DNA of 55,473 nt, taken from the NCBI GenBank assembly GCA_021806615.1, contig JAJZRB010000007.1, forward strand, positions 1 through 55,473. The letters are read 5' to 3'. Position numbers and translations under genes: made by a program. Shown here in pieces: positions 1 to 9,760 of this stretch. Position 1 is the first letter of the stretch. Every line of letters starts with the position of its first letter. The notes under the pieces are model-generated. The model worked only from the letters and a program-made list of their open reading frames with translations, was not told the origin of the DNA and searched no databases. This stretch comes from a bacterium (lineage in GTDB: Bacteria; Patescibacteriota; Patescibacteriia; Patescibacteriales; UBA12465).

Positions 1-2
1 TC

Positions 3-731
3 CCCGTACTTATCCATCAGCAAGATGTCCGTCCGGGCTTAGCTAATAAGCTGATGGCGCCTGGCGCCAGGGTAATCACCGTAACTTTTGAAAAGTCTCT
101 ATCTGATTATGGATCCCGCGCCGTTCTGATAGGGAATCCTATCCGAGAAGCCGCCATTAACGGCAGTCAGTCGGCGCCTGAAGAAATCAGGCGTCGCTAC
201 CTGTTGAATTCGGATAAACCTTTAGTCTTGGTGGCTGGCGGCGGAACCGGCTCCACGGCGATCAACAAGCTTATTTTAAAAATCATCCCGAGCTTAAGCG
301 ATTTTTGCGAAGTTCTTCATCTGACCGGACCAGGCAAGCTGGAAGAGGGGATAATGAATAACGCTGACTATCAGGCGCGGGAATTCGTCGCGCCGGATGA
401 GCTCCTGAATCTGATAGCCGCCTCTGACCTGGTCGTTTCCAGAGCGGGACTGGCGACCCTGACCGAATTATCCTTTTTAAGTAAGCCGGCGATTTTGATC
501 CCTATTCCGGATTCGCATCAAGAGGATAATGCCGCGGTTTTCAGCGCCGCTCAAGCGGCCATCGTCTTCGAGCAGAGAGAATTGACGCCGGACAGATTAG
601 CGGCGGAAATAAAGCGGGTTTTAATGGACCAGGTCCTGCGCGACAAGCTCAGCCGGAATATCGCTAAAGTCATCAGGCGGGGTGCCGCGGGGAAAATGGC
701 CGGCCTTATTGAGGAAATCCTGGGGAAATAA
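3..731 (+). CDS. murG: MurG glycosyltransferase, 5'-truncated by window edge
   Basis: Frame open from base 3 (PVLIHQQDVRPGLANK, HEQN-like motif); GNPIR, GGGTGS, SRAG and HQEDNA motifs; near murC. Confidence 0.93.
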   Translation, partial: PVLIHQQDVRPGLANKLMAPGARVITVTFEKSLSDYGSRAVLIGNPIREAAINGSQSAPEEIRRRYLLNSDKPLVLVAGGGTGSTAINKLILKIIPSLSDFCEVLHLTGPGKLEEGIMNNADYQAREFVAPDELLNLIAASDLVVSRAGLATLTELSFLSKPAILIPIPDSHQEDNAAVFSAAQAAIVFEQRELTPDRLAAEIKRVLMDQVLRDKLSRNIAKVIRRGAAGKMAGLIEEILGK

Positions 732-732
732 A

Positions 733-760
733 AAATCCTACCGATGCGGGCAGGATTTGG
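733..760. terminator. Possible bidirectional terminator between convergent genes
   Basis: AAATCCT...AGGATTT imperfect hairpin preceded by an A-run. Confidence 0.4.
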
Positions 761-771
761 GGTCGCGATTT

Positions 772-1227
772 TTAAGGAGGGAACTTTTTAAGCCTGATCG
801 GAATGATGGTTATGAGTATCAAGCTGGATATAATCAGGGCATAGAAGATAATTATGTCTGGCATGGATCTCGCCAGAGCCCTGGGATCCGCCACTGCTTC
901 GCTGAATACCCCGATTTTTACCAGGAGATTCAGATAAGCCAGGGCGAACATGGAGCCGAAAATGATGATGAAGATATTTAGCGCTTTTCTTATCTTTTTA
1001 GTCCGGTCGGCAGACGCCCTCTTATTTCCGTTGTCTCCATCCTGTTTATGGCCATAATATATCGCGGCATAGAAAAAGGATAGAGAGAGATAAAGCGAAA
1101 CGATCTTTACTACGTGTCCAGATTCTCCGGAAAAAGAGGCTAGAAAAGCGAATATGTCGGTTTTTAACAATCCGTTTATGAAGAAAAAAACCGAAAGTGA
1201 AGCGAAAATGATGATTTTTAATTTCAT
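772..1227 (-). CDS. Hypothetical membrane protein (~4 TM)
   Basis: 151-aa ORF with four hydrophobic stretches, fills the murG-murC gap. Confidence 0.7.
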   Translation of the reverse strand: MKLKIIIFASLSVFFFINGLLKTDIFAFLASFSGESGHVVKIVSLYLSLSFFYAAIYYGHKQDGDNGNKRASADRTKKIRKALNIFIIIFGSMFALAYLNLLVKIGVFSEAVADPRALARSMPDIIIFYALIISSLILITIIPIRLKKFPP

Positions 1228-1325
1228 TTTTCCTCCAGAAAAATTTTTAATGATACAATGTTGAGACGTGTATTAATTGGTGGTCTTTGATTTTAAATTA
1301 CTATACTAATAAATATTTGTCAATT

Positions 1326-2756
1326 ATGCCCATAAAATCAGCTAAGAATAAAAATATATACTTTATCGGCATCAAAGGTGTCGGCATGACTATGTTGGCG
1401 CAGTTTTTGGCCGGTGAGGGCGATAAGATAAGCGGCTCGGATATCGCCGACTCATTTTTGACCGATAAAGTCCTGAGGGCTTCAAAAATAAAGGTTTTTT
1501 CGCCGTTCAGCGCGGAGAATGTCCCGGTTGGTTCCGACTTGATCGTCTATTCTTCCGCCTACAATGAGAATAATAATCCGGAACTGGCCTTTATCAAGGA
1601 TCACCCTAACCTTTTTAAAAAAACGAAAATCTTGCCCTATGCCGCCGCGCTTGGCACTATTTTTAACCGCCATTACGGCGTAGCTGTCTGTGGCAGTCAC
1701 GGAAAAACCACGACATCTGCCTGGCTCGGATACGTCTTATGGCGTTCCGGACTAAAGCCGAAAGTCCTGGTCGGCTCCCGCGTGCCGCAATTCAAAGGGA
1801 GCAGCTTGAATGGCGCGTCGCAGTATTTTATCGCGGAAACGGACGAATATCAGAACAAATTGCGATATTTCCAGCCGCGCGGCGTAATTTTAAATAATAT
1901 CGACTATGATCATCCGGATTTTTACAAGACTAAAACATCCTACGCTAAAGCTTTCTCTGATTTCGTCAAGAAAATTCCCGCCGCCGGATTTTTGATCGTC
2001 AATAACCGCGACAGAGAAAGCCGAAGAATAAAGAAATATTGTCGCGGGCAAGTGATTAGCTATGATCTGGTGACGGGCTCTTACGGATCAGGCGCGGATT
2101 ATTTAGCTTATGACCTGCGCCTGGAAAAAGGTTGGCAGATCTTCAAATTAAGCTATAAGGATCAAGACTTAGGTGAATTCAAGATCAGCCTTTGGGGTGA
2201 ACACAATGTTTTAAACGCACTGGCTGTTATCGTCGCCGCCCGCCAGCAAGCGGTGCCGCTCATCGCTTTAAAAAAACATTTAGCCGGCTTTAAAGGGACG
2301 GAGCGGCGCGCTCAAGTCTTAGGCCGCTATGCCGGCGCTTTGATCATTGACGACTATGCGCATCATCCGACGGAAATAAAAGCCACTGTCTACGGCTTGC
2401 GCCAGCGCTATCCCGCTAATAGGATCATCACGGTTTTCCATCCGCATACGTTTACCCGGACTAAAGCTCTTTTCCAGGACTTCGTCCGCAGTTTCGCGGA
2501 TACTGACGAACTTATCATCCTGGATATATATGGTTCGGCCCGGGAGAAGAAGGGCGGAGTTTCCAGCCGGGGATTAGCGGCTGCGATAGATAAAGCCAAC
2601 CGCCAGCGCGGCGTCAAGCAATCTGTCCGGCATATCCCGACGATAGCGGCCGCCAGCGCTTATTTGCGCCGCCGCTTGGCGCCTGCCGACATCCTCTTGC
2701 TTATGGGGGCTGGCGATGTCTTCCGGATAGGCGCCGAGCTTTTGAGAAAAAAATAA
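1326..2756 (+). CDS. murC: UDP-N-acetylmuramate--L-alanine ligase
   Basis: GIKGVGM, GSHGKTTT, ETDEY, DDYAHHPTEI; ATG 1326 preferred over TTG 1287. Confidence 0.95.
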   Translation: MPIKSAKNKNIYFIGIKGVGMTMLAQFLAGEGDKISGSDIADSFLTDKVLRASKIKVFSPFSAENVPVGSDLIVYSSAYNENNNPELAFIKDHPNLFKKTKILPYAAALGTIFNRHYGVAVCGSHGKTTTSAWLGYVLWRSGLKPKVLVGSRVPQFKGSSLNGASQYFIAETDEYQNKLRYFQPRGVILNNIDYDHPDFYKTKTSYAKAFSDFVKKIPAAGFLIVNNRDRESRRIKKYCRGQVISYDLVTGSYGSGADYLAYDLRLEKGWQIFKLSYKDQDLGEFKISLWGEHNVLNALAVIVAARQQAVPLIALKKHLAGFKGTERRAQVLGRYAGALIIDDYAHHPTEIKATVYGLRQRYPANRIITVFHPHTFTRTKALFQDFVRSFADTDELIILDIYGSAREKKGGVSSRGLAAAIDKANRQRGVKQSVRHIPTIAAASAYLRRRLAPADILLLMGAGDVFRIGAELLRKK

Positions 2757-2777
2757 TTTTTTATCGTCCGACCGCTT

Positions 2778-4568
2778 ATGACTGATAATAAGGCTAAAAA
2801 AATAGATATAGAAAGCATACCTTGGAAATTATTCTGGGCGGAATTATGGCGCTTTATGGAGCCTTTTCGGAAATTCTTTGCCGTCATCCTGACCTTTATT
2901 ATCATATCCGCGGCTTTGGATATCGCCTCGCCCTATATCTTGAAATTGGTCATTGACGGCTTGAACGGCTTCAACCTGAACGATCTTCCCTTATTGCTAC
3001 GGTTTATCGCCTTGTATTTCATATCGGAAGAGGTCAGCGTCGTCATCGGTTATTTCGGCGATCGGAAGATACTCCGCCTATTAGTGGATGTCGAATACTA
3101 TCTGGGCCTCAAGGCGCAGGAAAAATTAGTCGCTCTTAGCTTAGGCTATCACGAAAGAGAAAATACCGGCAGCAAGATAGTGCGCATCGAACGCGGCGTG
3201 GATAAGATCTCCGAATTCATAAACAATATCTGCTGGGAAGTGGCGCCGACCGTCATCCGCCTATTATTCACCCTCGCGGCTTTATTCTGGGCAGATTGGC
3301 GTATCGGCTTATCGTTCATTATCGTGGCGCCGCTTTGTATCACGGTCACCTATCTGGCCAATAAGCGGATGTACCCCATACGCAAGGAGATATATCGAGA
3401 CTATGAAACGGCGAGCGGCAAGATGGGGCAGGCGATAATAAATATCAACGCCGTCCAATCTTTCGTCCAGGAACGGCGCGAGCTATCGGAGTTTGATAAG
3501 ATCAAGGCTCATGTCCGCGATAATGAGGATAAGCAATGGGGCTGGATGATGAAGGTCGGCCTAGGCCGGAATTCCTTAGCTACGCTCGGACGAATAGCCG
3601 TCTTATTCCTCGGAGTTTATCTGGCCTATAAAGGCAGTATTACTATTGGCACCCTTATTTTCGCTTTTACTCTCAGCGAAAAATCTTACAGCTCTTTATT
3701 GCGCCTGTCTCGTTTCTATGACCGCGTAGAAGAGGGCCGGGAAGGAGTAAGCCGGCTCCTGGCCTTGTTCAAAGCGGAAAGCGAAATCGTTAATAAGCCC
3801 AGGGCGTATAAGCCGAAGAACATCGTTGGAGAAATAAGATTCGAGGACGTCGCTTTTTATTACGGCAGCAATGAGCGCCCGGCCGTCAGCAATTTGAATT
3901 TTAAGATAGATTCCGGCTGCATTACGGCTCTCGTCGGACCGTCGGGGGGCGGAAAGACGACAGTCGCCCGCCTCATTTATCGCCACTATGATCCGCAAGG
4001 CGGCCGGGTTCTTTTAGACGGCCGGGATTTGCGCGATTATGATCTGCATGCTTTTCGGAAATTCTTAGCCATCGTGCCGCAAGAAGTGGAAATATTCGAT
4101 CTGAGCGTGGCCGAAAATATCGCCTACGCCAAGCCGAACGCCAGCCAAAAGGAGATTGAAGCCGCCGCGCGCACCGCTAACGCCGCTGAGTTCATTGAAA
4201 AATTAGAAGAAGGCTATAAGACCATGGTCGGCGAACGGGGCATAAAACTGTCCGGCGGGCAAAGGCAGCGCCTCGGCATCGCCCGCGCCGTATTGGCCAA
4301 TCCTCGGATTTTGATTTTTGACGAAGCGACTTCTAATCTAGACAGCCAGAGCGAAGCTTTGATCCAGGACGCTATGGATAAGATAAGCCGCGATCGCTCG
4401 CTCATCATTATCGCGCACCGTTTAAGCACGATTAAGCGAGCCGACAAGATAATCGTGCTGGAAAACGGCCATGTCGCCGAGGTCGGCAGCCATCTGGAAT
4501 TAGCCCGGGTGACGGGCGGGCTATATGCTAAGCTCTTGAAATTGCAGGCTATGGGCGACGTGGACTGA
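2778..4568 (+). CDS. ABC exporter, fused TMD-NBD (MsbA/MdlB-like)
   Basis: N-terminal TM helices, GPSGGGKT, LSGGQRQR, IFDEATS, AHRL. Confidence 0.93.
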   Translation: MTDNKAKKIDIESIPWKLFWAELWRFMEPFRKFFAVILTFIIISAALDIASPYILKLVIDGLNGFNLNDLPLLLRFIALYFISEEVSVVIGYFGDRKILRLLVDVEYYLGLKAQEKLVALSLGYHERENTGSKIVRIERGVDKISEFINNICWEVAPTVIRLLFTLAALFWADWRIGLSFIIVAPLCITVTYLANKRMYPIRKEIYRDYETASGKMGQAIININAVQSFVQERRELSEFDKIKAHVRDNEDKQWGWMMKVGLGRNSLATLGRIAVLFLGVYLAYKGSITIGTLIFAFTLSEKSYSSLLRLSRFYDRVEEGREGVSRLLALFKAESEIVNKPRAYKPKNIVGEIRFEDVAFYYGSNERPAVSNLNFKIDSGCITALVGPSGGGKTTVARLIYRHYDPQGGRVLLDGRDLRDYDLHAFRKFLAIVPQEVEIFDLSVAENIAYAKPNASQKEIEAAARTANAAEFIEKLEEGYKTMVGERGIKLSGGQRQRLGIARAVLANPRILIFDEATSNLDSQSEALIQDAMDKISRDRSLIIIAHRLSTIKRADKIIVLENGHVAEVGSHLELARVTGGLYAKLLKLQAMGDVD

Positions 4569-4596
4569 TGACTTTTTCCTTGTTTTTCTTTATAAT
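4568..4596 (+). promoter_or_regulatory. Sigma70 promoter for murB-alaS, probably leaderless
   Basis: ATGACT(4568)-17 bp-TATAAT(4591-4596); ATG at 4603. Confidence 0.55.
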
Positions 4597-4602
4597 GAAC
4601 CC

Positions 4603-5622
4603 ATGTTAAAAATAGAAAGAAATAAAGAATTAGCTCCTTTCACGACTCTGCGCATCGGCGCGGCCGCCGAATTTTTCGCGGTCTTGAAAAGCCGGTCGGA
4701 TTTAGAGGCGGCGATTATCTGGGCCAAGGAACATAGGAAAAAGATCTGGATCTTGGGCGGCGGTTCCAACGTGCTCATTTCCCAGGAGGTGCGAGGATTG
4801 GTCCTGAAGAATGAGATTAAAGGTTCTGAAATCGTGGAGCGTAATGATGACTACGCTCTCGTGGAAGCTAAATCAGGCGAAATCTGGACTAAATTCGTCA
4901 ATTTTACGGTACAGCACGGCCTCTACGGACTAGAGAATCTATTCTTGATCTATGGGACGGTCGGCGCCGCGCCTGTCCAGAACATCGGCGCTTATGGCGT
5001 GGAACTGAAAGATGTCTTTTATCATTTGAAGGCGATTGATTTGAAAACCGGCCACGAAAAGATATTCTCCGCGCGCGATTGCCGGTTCGCCTATCGCGAC
5101 AGCATCTTCAAGCATCAGCTGCGGGGCCGCTACTTTATCTATTCGGTAACCGTCAAATTGAAGCGCCAGCCAGACTTCAAGTTAGATTACGGGTCTATCC
5201 GGGAAGAGCTCTTGAAACGGAATATCAAAGAGCCTCGTCTGCGCGATATAGTCAAGGTGATCGAAGAAATACGCAATGCGAAGCTGCCTAATCCGGCGTT
5301 AAGCCCCAATGCCGGTTCTTTTTTCAAGAATGTTGAAATTTCCCGGGCTAAATCCGAGGCGCTTTTAAAAAGATATCCTGACTTGCCGCATTTTTCGGCC
5401 TCAGGAGGCAAAGTGAAGATTCCGGCCGGCTGGCTGATTGAAAAGGCCGGATTCAGAGGGAAGAGGATCGGTCCGGTCGGCATGCATGATAAACAGGCCC
5501 TGGTTCTGGTGAACTATGACGGCGCTAGCGCTAAGCAAGTCCTGGCTTTCATCAAAAAAGTGAAGGCGGCGGTTAAGAAAAAGTTCGCTCTTGATTTGGA
5601 AGAAGAAGTTAATATATTATAA
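4603..5622 (+). CDS. murB: UDP-N-acetylenolpyruvoylglucosamine reductase
   Basis: GGGSN, GAAPVQNIGAYG, NAGSFFKN, LEEEV. Confidence 0.95.
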   Translation: MLKIERNKELAPFTTLRIGAAAEFFAVLKSRSDLEAAIIWAKEHRKKIWILGGGSNVLISQEVRGLVLKNEIKGSEIVERNDDYALVEAKSGEIWTKFVNFTVQHGLYGLENLFLIYGTVGAAPVQNIGAYGVELKDVFYHLKAIDLKTGHEKIFSARDCRFAYRDSIFKHQLRGRYFIYSVTVKLKRQPDFKLDYGSIREELLKRNIKEPRLRDIVKVIEEIRNAKLPNPALSPNAGSFFKNVEISRAKSEALLKRYPDLPHFSASGGKVKIPAGWLIEKAGFRGKRIGPVGMHDKQALVLVNYDGASAKQVLAFIKKVKAAVKKKFALDLEEEVNIL

Positions 5623-5627
5623 ATAAT

Positions 5628-7442
5628 ATGAATTCCAGAGAATTGCGCCAAAAATATTTAGATTTTTTCCTGGCTCGCGATCATGCCGTGATTTCCAGCG
5701 CGTCTTTGATTCCGGAAAACGATCCGACAGTCTTATTCACGACGGCCGGCATGCATCCTTTAGTCCCGTATTTATTGGGAGAAAAGCATCCGGCGGGAAC
5801 GCGTCTGACTGACGCGCAGAAGTGCATTAGGACCGGCGATATTGACGAGGTCGGCGATGCGACGCACCATACTTTTTTTGAAATGATGGGTAATTGGTCG
5901 CTGGGCGATTATTTCAAGAAAGAATCTATCGCCTATAGCTGGGAATTTCTAACGTCGCCGCAGTGGTTGAACCTTGATAAGAATCGCCTGGCGGTTTCGG
6001 TTTTCGCCGGCGACGGCGACGCCCCCTTCGATCAGGAAGCTTACGATATCTGGGCCGGAATTTTCCGTAATAATGATTTACCGTTAGATCGGATAGCTAA
6101 ATTGCCGAAAAAGAATAATTGGTGGGGGCCGGCCGGAACGACCGGGCCTTGCGGGCCGGACACGGAAATTTTTTACTGGGCGGGAGATCCTAGCAAAGTG
6201 CCGGCCGGGTTCAACGACGACAACGATTTATGGATAGAGATCTGGAATAACGTCTTCATGCAGTATAATAAGAATGCCGCCGGGCGATTTGAGCCGCTTG
6301 TCCAGAAGAACGTCGATACGGGCTTAGGATTAGAAAGAGTCCTCGCCGTCATGAACGGCTTAGCCGATAATTATCAGACCGACTTGTTCCGTAACATCAT
6401 CAGCAAAATAGAGGAGCTGAGCGGACGCCGATATGATGAGTCCCCGGAGATAACCAGGGCGATGCGCATCATTGCCGATCATCTGAAAGCGGCGACTTTC
6501 ATCATCAGCGATGATAAGGGGATAAGTCCTTCCAATACCGATCAAGGCTACGTCGTCCGTCGCCTTATCAGGCGCGCCATCCGCTATGGCAAACAGCTAG
6601 GCATTAAGATTCCTCTCTGGACCAAAGAGATCGCCTCGGTAGTCATTAGCGATTATCACGATATATATGGCGAATTGGGCAAGAACCGCCAATTGACTTT
6701 GGCCAGCCTTGATAAAGAAGAGGAAAAATTCAACCGTACCTTGGAAAAAGGCTTGGCCGAATTCTATAAATTATCGGGAGACATCAATGGCGTGACCGCC
6801 TTTACCCTGTATCAGAGCTATGGCTTTCCTTTAGAAATGACAGAGGAGCTAGCCGCTGAAAAAGGGATTAAGGTCGATCGCGACGGTTTTATGTCCGAAT
6901 TGAAGAAGCACCAGGACCTGTCGCGTACGGCTGCCGCAGGCAAATTCAAGGGCGGTTTAGCGGATGCCGGCGAAGAAACGACCAAGCTGCATACCGCCGC
7001 CCATCTGATGCTGGCCGCTTTGCGGCGGGTATTGGGCGATCATGTCGTCCAGAAGGGAAGCAATATCACCCCGGAAAGATTGCGTTTAGATTTTTCTCAT
7101 CCGGAAAAAATGACGCCGGAGAGTATCAAAGCGGTAGAAGATTTGGTCAACGGCGCCATCTCCAGCCATTATCCGGTTACTTGCGAAGAACTATCGTTGG
7201 CTGAGGCTAAGAATCGCGGCGCGATGGGCGTTTTTGATTCTAAATATGGTGAGCGCGTCAAGATTTATACTATCGCTCCTCTCCAGCCAGACGGACATCC
7301 TGATTTCAAACAGGCCTTTTCCCAAGAAATATGCGGCGGACCGCACGTGGAAAATACCGGCGTTCTCGGTCATTTTAAGATCCAGAAGGAAGAAGCTTCT
7401 AGTTCCGGCGTTCGCCGGATAAAGGCAATTTTAGAAAAATAA
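5628..7442 (+). CDS. alaS: Alanine--tRNA ligase, short form without C-Ala domain
   Basis: LFTTAGM, HHTFFEMMGNWS, GPCGPDTE, HTAAH...CGGPH editing site; ends at GVRRIKA. Confidence 0.95.
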   Translation: MNSRELRQKYLDFFLARDHAVISSASLIPENDPTVLFTTAGMHPLVPYLLGEKHPAGTRLTDAQKCIRTGDIDEVGDATHHTFFEMMGNWSLGDYFKKESIAYSWEFLTSPQWLNLDKNRLAVSVFAGDGDAPFDQEAYDIWAGIFRNNDLPLDRIAKLPKKNNWWGPAGTTGPCGPDTEIFYWAGDPSKVPAGFNDDNDLWIEIWNNVFMQYNKNAAGRFEPLVQKNVDTGLGLERVLAVMNGLADNYQTDLFRNIISKIEELSGRRYDESPEITRAMRIIADHLKAATFIISDDKGISPSNTDQGYVVRRLIRRAIRYGKQLGIKIPLWTKEIASVVISDYHDIYGELGKNRQLTLASLDKEEEKFNRTLEKGLAEFYKLSGDINGVTAFTLYQSYGFPLEMTEELAAEKGIKVDRDGFMSELKKHQDLSRTAAAGKFKGGLADAGEETTKLHTAAHLMLAALRRVLGDHVVQKGSNITPERLRLDFSHPEKMTPESIKAVEDLVNGAISSHYPVTCEELSLAEAKNRGAMGVFDSKYGERVKIYTIAPLQPDGHPDFKQAFSQEICGGPHVENTGVLGHFKIQKEEASSSGVRRIKAILEK

Positions 7443-7488
7443 GCTTAGGTTAGCTATTTTTTAATTGTTTTTTTTGGTCTTCAGACTA

Positions 7489-7517
7489 TTGACAACTTCC
7501 CGCCTTATCTCTATAAT
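7489..7517 (+). promoter_or_regulatory. Consensus sigma70 promoter of infA/alpha operon
   Basis: TTGACA(7489-7494)-17 bp-TATAAT(7512-7517). Confidence 0.8.
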
Positions 7518-7612
7518 AGATTTATATTAAGATTATTATAAAAAATAGGATAAATAATTTTTAAAGAATTTTGATAAAGTAATGATTATCTTTATCAAAT
7601 TTTTTTGTGTTA

Positions 7613-7870
7613 ATGTCAAAAGACAGAGAAAATAACCAAGACAGTTCAGCCACTCTGAATGCGAAAGATTTCATTGAAGTGCAAGGGGAAGTATTGGAGC
7701 TGATGCCGGCGGCGACTTTTAAAGTTGCTCTTGAAAACGGGCATGAGATCCTAGCCCATTTGTCCGGCAAGATGCGGATGAATAAAATAAGGCTTTTGCC
7801 TGGCGACAAGGTCAAATTGCAAATCAGCCCCTACGATCTGACCAAGGGCCGGATAACTTACCGCCTCTAA
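7613..7870 (+). CDS. infA: Translation initiation factor IF-1
   Basis: AHLSGKMR...[13 protein letters not shown]. Confidence 0.95.
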   Translation: MSKDRENNQDSSATLNAKDFIEVQGEVLELMPAATFKVALENGHEILAHLSGKMRMNKIRLLPGDKVKLQISPYDLTKGRITYRL

Positions 7871-7904
7871 AGGCTATAATTTATTTTTTTTAATCAACTA
7901 AGAT

Positions 7905-8018
7905 ATGAAAGTAAGAGCTAGCGCTAAGAAAATTTGCAAGGATTGCAAGGTCGTCCGTCGCGGCGGCCGCGTCCGCGTTATCTGCAAGAATCCCAAGCAT
8001 AAGCAGAGACAGGGTTAA
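7905..8018 (+). CDS. rpmJ: 50S protein L36 (not in ORF track)
   Basis: Hand translation [37 protein letters not shown]. Confidence 0.96.
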   Translation: MKVRASAKKICKDCKVVRRGGRVRVICKNPKHKQRQG

Positions 8019-8048
8019 TTTATTATAAATATTTATTAATATTAAGAT

Positions 8049-8444
8049 ATGGCAGTAAGAATCGCGGGAGTCAATATCCCCAACGACAAGAGAATAGAAA
8101 TCGCCTTGACTTATATCCATGGCATCGGCCGGACCTCAGCCAATAAGATTCTGGTAGCGGCTAAGGTCGATAAAGACGTCCGGGTCAAGGACTTGAAAGA
8201 AGCTGAAGCTAACATTCTCCGGGAAATTGTAGAAAAAAAATATCTAGTAGAAGGAGATTTGCGCCGGGAAGTGGCCAGCAATATCAAGCGTCTCAGAGAA
8301 ATCGGCTGCTATCGCGGTTTGCGCCACTCTAAACATCTGCCGGTCCGCGGCCAGCGCACCAAGACCAATAGCCGGACAGTACGCGGCAATAAGCGCGTTA
8401 CGATGGGAAGCGGCAAGAGCAAGGCCGGCCTACAGAAAACCTAA
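8049..8444 (+). CDS. rpsM: 30S protein S13
   Basis: [23 protein letters not shown]. Confidence 0.97.
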   Translation: MAVRIAGVNIPNDKRIEIALTYIHGIGRTSANKILVAAKVDKDVRVKDLKEAEANILREIVEKKYLVEGDLRREVASNIKRLREIGCYRGLRHSKHLPVRGQRTKTNSRTVRGNKRVTMGSGKSKAGLQKT

Positions 8445-8458
8445 TTTAAACATATCAT

Positions 8459-9064
8459 ATGCCTGAAGAAGCAAAAAAAGAATTAGAGCCCGTTACGACG
8501 GGAGAAGCTATATCCAGCCCGGCCGGAGCCGTTAAGAATGGAGCCGTTAAAATGGAAGACGGCGAAGCGAAAGACGAAAAGGATGGAGTTGATTTTTCGT
8601 TTGATTCCGCTAGCGAGGAATTGCCGGAGGAAATCAAGCAGAAATTAGAAAAGAATAAAGCGGCGCGCGCTAAGAAGAAGCTAGTCAAGAAGAAAAAGAA
8701 AAAAACCGCTCGGATAGTCAAGATCGGACGCGCCTATATCCAAGCGACCTATAATAATACGATGATCACTCTGACCGATCCGGCTGGGGATGTCATTTCT
8801 TGGGCAAGCGCCGGTTTAGCCGGCTTTAAGGGAGCCAAGAAAGCGACTCCTTATGCCGCCCAGATAATCACTAAGATCGCTACCCAGAAAGCCCGTGAAG
8901 AATATGGCTTGGAAGAAGTAAGCGTTTTCGTCTCTGGCGTCGGTACCGGCCGCGAAGCGGCTATCCGCGCTTTGAATGCCAACGGTTTGAATGTCGTGGC
9001 TATTAAAGATACGACTTCGGTCCCGCATAATGGCTGCCGGCCGAAAAAACCGCGCCGAGTTTAA
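8459..9064 (+). CDS. rpsK: 30S protein S11 with long N-terminal extension
   Basis: [22 protein letters not shown]. Confidence 0.96.
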   Translation: MPEEAKKELEPVTTGEAISSPAGAVKNGAVKMEDGEAKDEKDGVDFSFDSASEELPEEIKQKLEKNKAARAKKKLVKKKKKKTARIVKIGRAYIQATYNNTMITLTDPAGDVISWASAGLAGFKGAKKATPYAAQIITKIATQKAREEYGLEEVSVFVSGVGTGREAAIRALNANGLNVVAIKDTTSVPHNGCRPKKPRRV

Positions 9065-9081
9065 ATAATTATTAAATACTT

Positions 9082-9711
9082 ATGGGCAGAAATATTGAAA
9101 ATAAATGCGAGCAGTGCCGCCGTAGCGGTGAAAAGCTTTTTTTGAAAGGTGAACGTTGCTATACGCCGAAATGCGCGATTATCAAGCGCAACTACGCGCC
9201 GGGTTTCCATGGCCCGAAAGGCCGCAAGCGTTTGAGCGATTATGGCTCTCAGCTCGCGGAAAAACAGAAAGCGAAGAAATTCTACGGCTTATTTGAAAAA
9301 CAATTCCGGCTGACTTTTGAAAAAGCCGCTAAGAAATCGGGCGATGCTGGCAAGAATTTTTTGCGCGCCTTAGAGATGCGGCTGGATAATGTCGTTTATC
9401 GCTTAGGCTGGGCGACTTCCCGCGCCGCCGCTCGTCAGCTCGTCAACCATGGCCATTTTACCGTTAACGGACGTAAGACTGATATTGCTTCATTCGCGGT
9501 TAAACCCGGTCAGTTGATCAAGCCGAAAAAAAGTAGCGAGACCAGCCCCTATTTTAAGAATATCATGGAAAATTTGAAGAAGGCGGATCGCCCGAGCTGG
9601 TTGAATTTAGACCAATCTAATTTAAGCGCTAAAGTCTTGCATGAACCGGTAGACAGCGACTTGCCGCAGAATTTAAACGTCCAGGTTATAATTGAATACT
9701 ACTCAAAATAA
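9082..9711 (+). CDS. rpsD: 30S protein S4 (Zn-binding form)
   Basis: CEQCRR...CYTPKC, LEMRLDN, ARQLVNHGH. Confidence 0.97.
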   Translation: MGRNIENKCEQCRRSGEKLFLKGERCYTPKCAIIKRNYAPGFHGPKGRKRLSDYGSQLAEKQKAKKFYGLFEKQFRLTFEKAAKKSGDAGKNFLRALEMRLDNVVYRLGWATSRAAARQLVNHGHFTVNGRKTDIASFAVKPGQLIKPKKSSETSPYFKNIMENLKKADRPSWLNLDQSNLSAKVLHEPVDSDLPQNLNVQVIIEYYSK

Positions 9712-9760
9712 TAAAACATCAGGCCTGCGCGATTCTAATCCGCGGGCCGGATAAACTTTT

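Noticed and set aside
682-981. 99-aa plus-strand ORF
   Set aside because: Overlaps murG and the better-supported minus-strand membrane gene; no motif
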